This document shows, in pieces, positions 8,581 to 16,495 of a stretch of 32,000 nucleotides of DNA. Source of the stretch: Gemmata obscuriglobus (GTDB lineage Bacteria; Planctomycetota; Planctomycetia; Gemmatales; Gemmataceae); NCBI RefSeq assembly GCF_008065095.1, contig NZ_CP042911.1:4680001-4712000 (forward strand). The letters run 5' to 3'. Under the pieces are notes generated by a model. The model saw nothing but the letters and a program-made list of their open reading frames with translations, was not told the origin of the DNA and made no database searches. Made by a program: the position numbers and the translations under genes. Positions within the stretch are counted from its first letter, which is position 1. Each line of letters opens with the position of its first letter.

Positions 8581-9645
8581 GATCCGCCCTGTAGTTCAGA
8601 TGCCGCACGGGCCGAAGTGAAGCGCGCCGGCGCAACAATACCTTCCCCACCTGATCGCCGGCACGCATTGACAACGAAATGCTACCCGATTTCGCACATG
8701 ACCCCTTGATTCCGCGCCGTGACGCAACTTTACTCTGCGACCCGACGAGAACCTCTCGTCCGACAACGAACCGCTATGGCCCCGACGCCGCGCCCGTTAT
8801 CCCCAGCGGCCCACCTGCGCCGGTACCGCAGCCGAGCCAGGGTGGTCGCCGAACGGCCACTACCTCGCTTCCGTTAAGGATCGCACCCGTCAGGACCGGG
8901 CCTTGGTTTCCGACATACCGCCCGAAAATCTTGACACCGGGTTGTCCCCTGATTGGGAGGACCCAAGCAATTAGTAGACGCATATCTAACAATCGCATAG
9001 CCCGTAGTTGATGAAACGGAGGGAGCGGCACGGCGCATTAACATTAAAATTAACAGACGCATCATAAAACCTCGCCTCTTTCACTCCCCCACAACTCACT
9101 TTTTGCATCAAACTCTGGCTTTCCCGGCAGCACGCCATCGCGCTCTGCCCGCGACCAAATGCGATGTGGCGAGTGGATCACGAACGCCGCCGCGTCCGCA
9201 CGGTCCCTCACACTACCTATGCCTAATGCCGCATCCCGAACTCACAGCGATCGAAAACGTCAGTTCGGAGATCGAGGGAAAGTACCATCCGCTCGCTGCC
9301 GTGAGGCAACTCGCAACCAAATTGGCCCGCGAGTTGCTTTGGCGGTCAAAGCGACCTGCCGCATCTGTGTGGCCCATATTTGGAGTATGATTCGTGCCGT
9401 GTAAATCCGCAAACGATTTGCATTGCAAACGAATGTCACCCAACATTGAAACATCGGCATGCTCTGCCGATCGGGGCGATTCGGCTCACTCGACGAATCC
9501 GCAGAGTGCATTTGTCAGGGAACGAACGGACAGTTCCCTTGAGAGGGCGTGCGTTCGCCCCAAAACGATCAGTGATTCGGCCCCCTCCAAACTCTTCGGA
9601 CACGCCGAACGGGCGCGCGAAGTCAACTAGCGAGCAAATACCGCC

Positions 9646-10752
9646 ATGAAATATCAGCCGCTGTACGCCGTCTTGGTGGCTGCCTTCGCCCTGTCGCTAC
9701 CAGCCTGCGACCGCACCCACGCGGAAGAAAAGGGGGAGCACCACCACGACGAGCACAAGATCGTGGCGACCACCGCCCAGGCCAAGGACGTCATCCTCAC
9801 GCAACAGTACGTCTGTCAGATTCGCTCCCAGAGCCACATTGAGGTCTGTGCCCTCCAGGACGGATACCTCGAAGAGATTCTGGTCAAGGAAGGTCAGGCG
9901 GTGAAGCAGGGCGACGTGATGTTCAAAATCCTCCCCACGCTATACAAGGCGCGGCTGGCGGCCGAGCGGGCCGAGGCCCAGCTCGCCCAGATCGAGTTCC
10001 TGAACACCAAGAAGCTGTACGAGAGCACCCCGCCGGTCGTCTCGGTTCAGGAAGTGAACCTGGCGCAAGCCAAGCTGGACAAAGCGAACGCGCGGGTGAA
10101 ACTGGCGGAGGCCGAAGTCGACTTCACCGTCGTCAAAGCGCCGTTCAACGGCATCGTCGACCGCCAGCTCAAGCAGCTCGGCAGCCTGATCGAGAAGAAG
10201 GACATTCTCACCACCCTTTCGGACAACGGGGTGATGCGGGCGTACTTCAACGTCCCCGAGGCCCGCTACTTGGCGGACATGACCGGCCAGGGGCTGAACA
10301 GCCAGCAAATCGAACTCGTGCTGGCCGACGGCAGCAAGTTCCCGCAGCACTGCCAGGCCGTTCTCATTGAGGGGAAGTTTAACAGCGAGACCGGAAACAT
10401 CGCCTACCGCGCGGACTTCCCTAACACCAAAAATCTGTTGCGGCACGGCCAGACAGGAACCGTTCTGATCAACCGCAAGCTGCCGCACGCCACGGTGATC
10501 CCGCAACGAGCCACGTTCGAAACCCTCGACAAGCGATACGTGTTCGTCGTGGGCGAAGATCACAAGGTCCACCAGCGCCTGATCACGATCGAACACGAGA
10601 TGGACGACATCTTCGTGCTCAAAAGCGGCCTGAGTGCGACCGACAAGTTTATCCTGGATGGGGTTAGGCAGGTGCGCGACGGCCAGTCGGTGGAGTTCGA
10701 GTTCCGCAAGCCGGAAGACGTGCTCGCGAACCAGAAGCACCACGCCGAGTAG
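9646..10752 (+). CDS. Efflux RND transporter periplasmic adaptor subunit (lipoprotein) with His-rich N-terminus, 368 aa
   Basis: Lipobox LSLPAC. The mature N-terminus reads CDRTHAEEKGEHHHDEHK. Adaptor strings VKEGQAVKQGDVMFKI and VVKAPFNGIVDRQLKQLGSLI. Confidence 0.9.
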   Translation: MKYQPLYAVLVAAFALSLPACDRTHAEEKGEHHHDEHKIVATTAQAKDVILTQQYVCQIRSQSHIEVCALQDGYLEEILVKEGQAVKQGDVMFKILPTLYKARLAAERAEAQLAQIEFLNTKKLYESTPPVVSVQEVNLAQAKLDKANARVKLAEAEVDFTVVKAPFNGIVDRQLKQLGSLIEKKDILTTLSDNGVMRAYFNVPEARYLADMTGQGLNSQQIELVLADGSKFPQHCQAVLIEGKFNSETGNIAYRADFPNTKNLLRHGQTGTVLINRKLPHATVIPQRATFETLDKRYVFVVGEDHKVHQRLITIEHEMDDIFVLKSGLSATDKFILDGVRQVRDGQSVEFEFRKPEDVLANQKHHAE

Positions 10753-10889
10753 CCAAACGGCCCCTGTTGTTCCGACGACACGAACGATGCGGGGGCGTGA
10801 GGGTCCGTGCGACCGACCGCCCCCGGCGAACGTTTCTGGGCGCCCTTCGCGCGCCCCGCCACGAAACTTAATTCGACCCTCCCGGAACT

Positions 10890-13800
10890 ATGTTCACGCA
10901 AATCCTCTACCGCCCGGCCCTCGCGATCGTCATCTCGATCATCCTCCTGTTCCTCGGGGTTCTGGGGATCAAGACCCTGCCGGTCGCCCAGTTCCCGGAC
11001 ATCGCGCCGCCCACCGTCGAAGTGGCCATCGCCTACCCCGGCGCCAGCGCCAACGTGCTGGTGGACTCGGTGCTGATCCCGCTGGAGCAGTCCATCAACG
11101 GCGTGCAGGGCATGCGGTACATCGCCTCGTCCGCCACCAGCGCGGGCGAGGCGGTGATCCGCATCTACTTCGAGCCGGGCACGGACCCCAACATCAACGT
11201 GGTGAACGTTCAGAACCGGGTCAACATCATGATGAACCGGCTCCCGCCGCTGGTGCAGCGCGAGGGCATCCTCGTCAGCCAGGTGGTGCCGAGCATGCTG
11301 ATGTACGTGAACATCTACAGCGAGGACCCGAACGCCGACCAGAAGGACCTGTTCAACTTCGCCAACGTCTTCGTCATGCCGCGGCTCAAGCGCATCCAGG
11401 GCATGGGCATCCCCCGGAACCTGGGCAACCGCGCGTTCGCGATGCGCATCTGGCTGAACCCGGACAGCATGCGGCGCTACAACATCGCCACCGACGAGGT
11501 GATGAAAGCGCTCGCGGAGCAGAGCGTGATCGGCTCGCCCGGGCGCCTGGGGCAGGCGACCGGGATCACCTCACAGTCCAAAGAGTACGTTCTGACGTAT
11601 GTCGGACGTTACAACAAGAAGGAGCAGTACGAGAACATCATCCTGAGGGAGACGGCGGAGGGCGAGATCCTGCGGCTCAAGGACATCTGCGGGGTCAAGG
11701 AGATCAAGGACGGCAAAGAGGTCCAGAAGTCCCCGGGCGTCGAGCTGGGGTCGGAGTTCTTCGACATCTACTCGGACATCAACGGCCGCCCCGCCGCGTC
11801 CATCATTCTCAAGCAGAGCCCCGGCTCGAACGCCGCCGAGGTGATTGAGGAGATCAAAGCCGAACTCGGGCGGATCGAGAAGGAATCGTTCCCGCCTGGC
11901 ATGAAATACGAACTGTCTTACGATGTATCGCGATTTCTGGAAGCGTCCACCGAGAAGGTGCTGCACACCCTGATCGAGGCGTTCATTCTGGTGTCGCTGG
12001 TGGTGTACATGTTCCTCGGGGACATCCGCTCCACTCTGATCCCGATCCTCGCGGTGCCCGTCTCCCTCATCGGGACGTTCTTCGTTCTGAAGCTGATGGG
12101 CCTTTCCATCAACCTGATTACCCTCTTCGCGATGGTGCTCGCGATCGGGGTCGTGGTGGACGACGCCATCGTGGTGGTGGAGGCGGTGCACGCCAAAATG
12201 GCCGAGAAGCACCTGTCACCGTACCGGGCCACGATGGAGGTGCTCCACGAGATCAGCGGGGCGATCATCGCCATCACCCTGGTGATGACATCCGTGTTCG
12301 TCCCGGTGACGTTCGTTCCCGGACCGGTGGGGCAGTTCTACCGCCAGTTCGGCATCACGATGTCAACGTCGATCGTCCTGTCCGGTGTGGTGGCACTGAC
12401 GCTCACGCCGGTGTTGTGCGCGATGATCCTCAAGCCGCACGACCACGCTCCCGGGTCGGGTCACGCGGGCCACGCGAAAAAGCGGTTCTCGCTGCAAACC
12501 ATAGCTCTGTACCTCATCGGTGCCGTCTTGATCCTGGGGCCGATGGTCTACCTGGCGTACCACTTGTGGGGCGAGCTGGGATTCTTGCTCATCGTCCTGC
12601 CCGTCGTCCGCAAGCCGTTCGACCGTGCCGTCGAGTGGGTCACGGCCCGGTACGCTGGTATCCTGCGGCTGATCGTCACGCGGCGGGTCCTGACCATGGG
12701 CGTCGTCGGGGGGTTCGCCGCCGGCGTCGTGGGGGTCAATTTGAAGCTCGCGAGCGGGTTCATCCCGGGCGAGGACCAGGGCATCATCTACGCGGTTATT
12801 CAAACGCCCCCGGGCTCCACACTCGAGTACACGAACGCCAAGTCGCAGAACCTCGAGGCGATCGCCCGAGACATCAAGGAAGTGACCTCGGTCACCTCGC
12901 TGGCCGGCTACGAGGTGCTGACCGAGGGCCGCGGGTCGAACGCCGGGACCTGCATCATCAACCTGAAAACGTGGTCCGAGCGCGAGCGCACCACGCGCGA
13001 GATCATTGAAGAACTCGAGGCCAAGAGCCGCCAGATGACCGACGTGAAGCTCGAGTTCTTCGAGCCCCCGGCGGTCCCCGGCTTCGGCGCCGCCGGCGGG
13101 TTCTCCATGCGGCTCCTCGACAAGACGAACACCACCGACTACCAGCGGCTCGGCGAGGTGACCGAGAAGTTCATGGCCGCGCTGGAAAAGCGCAAGGAGC
13201 TGAAGAACCTGTTCACCTTCTACACGGCGGACTACCCCCAGTACGAGCTGATCATCAACAACGACGTGGCGATGCAGAAGGGCGTGTCGATCGGCAAGGC
13301 GCTGGACAACTTGAACATTCTGATCGGCAGCACTTACGAGCAAGGGTTTATCCTCTTCAACCAGTTCTACAAGGTGTACGTGCAGTCCTCGCCGGAGTTC
13401 CGCCGGTACCCCGAGGACTTGGACAACCTGTTCGTAAAGAGCGAGCGCGAGGTCGAGATCAAGAACGAAAAAGGGGAAACGCGTAAGGTCCGCGTGGAAG
13501 GGGATATGGTGCCCTACTCCGCGTTCATGAAGCTCGAAAAGAAGCAGGGCCTGAACGAGATCACGCGCTACAACCTGTACCCGTCGGCCGCCATTCAAGG
13601 GGCGCCAGCCGCCGGCTACAGTAGCGGGCAGGCCATCAAGGCGATTCAGGAGGTCGCCGCCGAAACGCTCCCCTACGGCTACGGCATCGGCTGGGAAGGG
13701 CTGTCGTACGACGAGTCGAAGAAGGGCGTCGAGGTCGAGGTGCCGAAGCTGCTGCACGTGGAAATCAGCCCGTCGATCCTCATCTTCGCGATCGTCGTCG

Positions 13801-14438
13801 TCTTCGTGTACCTCGTTCTGGTCGCGCAGTACGAGAGCTTTCTGCTGCCGCTGGCCGTGATCCTGTCGCTGCCGATCGGCATCTTCGGGTCGTTCTTCTG
13901 CCTCCAGGCCCTGGGGCTCTCGAACGACGTGTACGCCCAGATCGGTCTGATCATGCTGGTCGGTTTGCTCGGCAAGAACGCCATCCTGATCGTCGAGTTC
14001 GCCGTCCAGCGCCGCCAGGAGGGCCAGTCGCTTATCGAGGCCGCCGTTGAGGGCGGGAAGCTCCGCTTCAGGCCGATTCAGATGACCTCGTTCGCTTTTA
14101 TCGCGGGCCTGCTCCCGCTGGTGGTGGCAACCGGTGCCGGTGCGATCGGGAACCGCACCATCGGCACCACCGCGGCGGGCGGGATGCTGGTGGGCACGGT
14201 GATCGGCATTCTGGTCATCCCCGGCCTTTACTACCTATTCGGCAGAATGGCCGACGGCCGGAAGCTCCTGGCCGACGAGGTCGACGGACCGCTCAGCGAG
14301 GTGTTCACGCACCACGCGCCGGAGCTCCATCACAATGCGGATGAGCACCACGCGCCGGCCGAACACCTGCCGTTCGACGCCGGCCCCGCGGACGGCCCAT
14401 CGCACCACCCGGACCCGTCGGATGATGCCGGTGTGTGA
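10890..14438 (+). CDS. Efflux RND transporter permease subunit (HAE1-like) with internal two-helix insertion and His-rich C-terminal tail, 1182 aa
   Basis: MFTQILYRPALAIVISIILLFLG, APPTVEVAIAYPGASANVL, AIGVVVDDAIVVVEAVH, QYESFLLPLAVI, LLGKNAILIVEFA. The tail reads THHAPELHHNADEHHAPAEH...SHHPDP. Confidence 0.95.
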   Translation: MFTQILYRPALAIVISIILLFLGVLGIKTLPVAQFPDIAPPTVEVAIAYPGASANVLVDSVLIPLEQSINGVQGMRYIASSATSAGEAVIRIYFEPGTDPNINVVNVQNRVNIMMNRLPPLVQREGILVSQVVPSMLMYVNIYSEDPNADQKDLFNFANVFVMPRLKRIQGMGIPRNLGNRAFAMRIWLNPDSMRRYNIATDEVMKALAEQSVIGSPGRLGQATGITSQSKEYVLTYVGRYNKKEQYENIILRETAEGEILRLKDICGVKEIKDGKEVQKSPGVELGSEFFDIYSDINGRPAASIILKQSPGSNAAEVIEEIKAELGRIEKESFPPGMKYELSYDVSRFLEASTEKVLHTLIEAFILVSLVVYMFLGDIRSTLIPILAVPVSLIGTFFVLKLMGLSINLITLFAMVLAIGVVVDDAIVVVEAVHAKMAEKHLSPYRATMEVLHEISGAIIAITLVMTSVFVPVTFVPGPVGQFYRQFGITMSTSIVLSGVVALTLTPVLCAMILKPHDHAPGSGHAGHAKKRFSLQTIALYLIGAVLILGPMVYLAYHLWGELGFLLIVLPVVRKPFDRAVEWVTARYAGILRLIVTRRVLTMGVVGGFAAGVVGVNLKLASGFIPGEDQGIIYAVIQTPPGSTLEYTNAKSQNLEAIARDIKEVTSVTSLAGYEVLTEGRGSNAGTCIINLKTWSERERTTREIIEELEAKSRQMTDVKLEFFEPPAVPGFGAAGGFSMRLLDKTNTTDYQRLGEVTEKFMAALEKRKELKNLFTFYTADYPQYELIINNDVAMQKGVSIGKALDNLNILIGSTYEQGFILFNQFYKVYVQSSPEFRRYPEDLDNLFVKSEREVEIKNEKGETRKVRVEGDMVPYSAFMKLEKKQGLNEITRYNLYPSAAIQGAPAAGYSSGQAIKAIQEVAAETLPYGYGIGWEGLSYDESKKGVEVEVPKLLHVEISPSILIFAIVVVFVYLVLVAQYESFLLPLAVILSLPIGIFGSFFCLQALGLSNDVYAQIGLIMLVGLLGKNAILIVEFAVQRRQEGQSLIEAAVEGGKLRFRPIQMTSFAFIAGLLPLVVATGAGAIGNRTIGTTAAGGMLVGTVIGILVIPGLYYLFGRMADGRKLLADEVDGPLSEVFTHHAPELHHNADEHHAPAEHLPFDAGPADGPSHHPDPSDDAGV

Positions 14439-14447
14439 CCGGCCGAT

Positions 14448-14491
14448 AGCGGCCCCCTCCTCGCACCTTTGGTTGCGCGGAGGGGGCCGCT
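14448..14491 (+). terminator. Hairpin (13-bp perfect stem, 18-nt loop) 10 nt after the RND stop; possible internal attenuator or terminator
   Basis: agcggccccctcc ... ggagggggccgct is a perfect inverted repeat. A T-rich stretch (ggtttttcgttt) lies ~40 nt further downstream, not adjacent to the stem. Confidence 0.3.
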
Positions 14492-14653
14492 GTGGCATTC
14501 CGTTAAGCACTGTCGGCGGCTCCACACGGTTTTTCGTTTGAGCGACAGCCGCTCCGATTGAAACGAGCAGATCGCCTGTTCCGGAACTGCCAGGTTTGCC
14601 GATAAGAGCAGATATTACCTCAACGTGTGTAAACCCCCTCAAGGACGAGGAGT

Positions 14654-16246
14654 ATGAACCGCGTGCTGAAATCTGCGGCCACACCGCGTCGGTACCGCGT
14701 TTTGACGCGGGCCGTCTCCTGCTGCCTGTTCTTGGTTCTGCCGTCTTGCCGCATCCCGAACCTGCGACAAGCGGACGCCGGACCGGGCCTGCCGCCCGCC
14801 TTTAATACCCCTGCGGTCGAGACCCTACCCGCTGCGGCCGCTGTTGCGGCGGCCGGCGGACCGGCGGCCGCAGTTGCTGGCACTCCGCATCCGGTTACGC
14901 CGCAAGCGGACAGTTCGGCGCGGCTCGGCGTCGCCGAGTTTTACAACGATCCGGTACTGACCCGACTGGTCGATCAGGGACTGGTGACCAACCAAGAGCT
15001 GAAGATCTTGGAGGAGGACGTCCAGATCGCTCGGGCCGAGATCCTGTCACGGCGTGGGGCGTACCTGCCACTCGTCGGGGTGCGCGGGACGGCGGGCATG
15101 GACAAGCACAGCGTTTTTACGCCCGAAGGGGCGGCCGAGAAACAGCTCGAGTACCGCCCCGGCCGCCACTTCCCTTCGCTGCCGGGTGACTTTCAACTCG
15201 GCCTTAACTTCTTGATGCCGCTCGACATCTGGAGAGAGCTGCGAAACAGCCGGGACGCGGCGATCCAGCGGTATTACGCCGCCGTCGAGCGGCGGAACCA
15301 GTTCGTGACCCGCCTCATCGCCGATGTCGCCGAGACGTACTACGCCCTCATGGCACTCGACCGGCGGATCGAGACGCTGGACCGGACCATCGACCTCCAG
15401 CAGCGCAGTTACGAAATCGCGAAGGCCCGGTTCGAGGCGGGCCGGGGCACGGAACTGGCGGTCCAGCGGTTTCAGGCGGAAGTGCGGAAGAACCAGAGCG
15501 AAAAGCTGATCGTCGCACAAGAGATCGTCGAAGCTGAGAACCGCGTCAACTTCCTCGTCGGCCGGTACCCGCAACCGGTCGAACGGAACTCGGTGGGGTT
15601 CCTCGATCTGAGCATCAACGCTCTGAGCGTCGGCGTACCCGCTCAACTGCTTCAGAACCGCCCGGACATCCGCCAGGCGGAGCACGAGTTGGCCGCCGCC
15701 GGATTGGACGTGAAGGTCGCCCGGGCGCACTTCTTTCCGCGCATCGACGTGACGGGCTTCGTCGGCTATCAGGCGTTCAACCCGAAGTACATCTTCAACC
15801 CGGAAGCGTTCGTGACCAACCTCGCGGGCGAGCTGAGCGCGCCGCTGATCAACAAGGCCGCGATCCGGGCCGAGTACCGCGCCGCGAACGCCAGACAGTT
15901 GGAAAGCGTCTACAACTACCAGCGGGTGATCCTCAACGCGTTCACCGAAGTCATCAACCGCATGGCGATGGTGTCGAACTACAGCAAGAGCATCGAGCTC
16001 AAGAAGCAACAAATCACGGCGTTGGAGGCGTCGGTGGACGCCGCAACCAAGCTGTTCCAGAACGCCCGCGTCGAGTACATCGAAGTGCTCATCGCCCAGC
16101 GCGACCAACTGGAAGCACAAACGGTGCTGATCGATACCAAGCGTCAACAGTTGTCCGCCATCGTCAACGCGTACCAGGCGCTCGGCGGCGGCACCTCGTT
16201 GTCGGTGCCGGCGGTGCTCCCGGATCAGCCCCACCCGCGACGATGA
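14654..16246 (+). CDS. Efflux transporter outer-membrane factor lipoprotein (TolC/NodT family), 530 aa
   Basis: RBS AAGGACGAGGAG lies upstream of the ATG. Lipobox LVLPSC. It has the two-repeat OMF architecture, with strings such as NQELKILEEDVQIARAEI, ARFEAGRGTELAVQRFQAE, NRPDIRQAEHELAAAG and VNAYQALGGG. Confidence 0.9.
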   Translation: MNRVLKSAATPRRYRVLTRAVSCCLFLVLPSCRIPNLRQADAGPGLPPAFNTPAVETLPAAAAVAAAGGPAAAVAGTPHPVTPQADSSARLGVAEFYNDPVLTRLVDQGLVTNQELKILEEDVQIARAEILSRRGAYLPLVGVRGTAGMDKHSVFTPEGAAEKQLEYRPGRHFPSLPGDFQLGLNFLMPLDIWRELRNSRDAAIQRYYAAVERRNQFVTRLIADVAETYYALMALDRRIETLDRTIDLQQRSYEIAKARFEAGRGTELAVQRFQAEVRKNQSEKLIVAQEIVEAENRVNFLVGRYPQPVERNSVGFLDLSINALSVGVPAQLLQNRPDIRQAEHELAAAGLDVKVARAHFFPRIDVTGFVGYQAFNPKYIFNPEAFVTNLAGELSAPLINKAAIRAEYRAANARQLESVYNYQRVILNAFTEVINRMAMVSNYSKSIELKKQQITALEASVDAATKLFQNARVEYIEVLIAQRDQLEAQTVLIDTKRQQLSAIVNAYQALGGGTSLSVPAVLPDQPHPRR

Positions 16247-16299
16247 AACCCGCCTCCCGCCACGCGCGTTACGCTGAGGACAGCGACTGTGTTGGGAGG

Positions 16300-16359
16300 G
16301 TGCGGCCCCAGGGGCGGCGCTGGCGGAAGGAACCGCCAGCGCCGCCCCTGGGGCCGCAC
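16300..16359 (+). terminator. Very long perfect hairpin (27-bp stem, 6-nt loop) after the efflux operon
   Basis: gtgcggccccaggggcggcgctggcgg / aaggaa / ccgccagcgccgcccctggggccgcac, checked base by base. No U-tract follows, so function as an intrinsic terminator is not assured. Confidence 0.5.
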
Positions 16360-16495
16360 ACGTGGTGCAAACGCGGGCTTCAACTCACGTCAGCGAAGGT
16401 TCGGTGAATCTGCCCGCGGGGGATTGCTCCACTACAACTCTTCGGTTAGGTATCCACCTGACACCCTCGCCCTACCCGTTTTCAACGCTGCGCAC

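Noticed and set aside
8976-9062. Repeated 8-mer AGACGCAT (8976-8983 and 9055-9062) and the ATTAACA duplication in the long spacer, considered as possible regulator binding sites.
   Set aside because: In about 1 kb of sequence several exact 8-mer repeats are expected by chance (roughly 5x10^5 position pairs against 6.5x10^4 possible 8-mers). No further copies or symmetric arrangement were seen.
9417-9429. The 6-1-6 inverted repeat TTTGCA-T-TGCAAA upstream of efflux operon 2, considered as a possible TetR-type operator. The similar AGTGTC-ATTG-GACACT at 20703-20718 in the DUF1559/redoxin divergent region was considered in the same way.
   Set aside because: Palindromes of this size are expected by chance at about this frequency in 1 kb. 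No cognate regulator gene is nearby. Without comparative conservation this cannot be supported.
10890-14438. Calling the His-decorated RND 2 a CzcA/CusA-type heavy-metal (HME) exporter.
   Set aside because: The N-terminus and the TM4 motif (VVVDDAIVVVEAV) resemble HAE1 multidrug pumps and the neighbouring RND 1. They do not match the HME signature as I recall it (DFG..DGA..VEN). I kept it as a generic RND call and raised the metal link only as a hypothesis.
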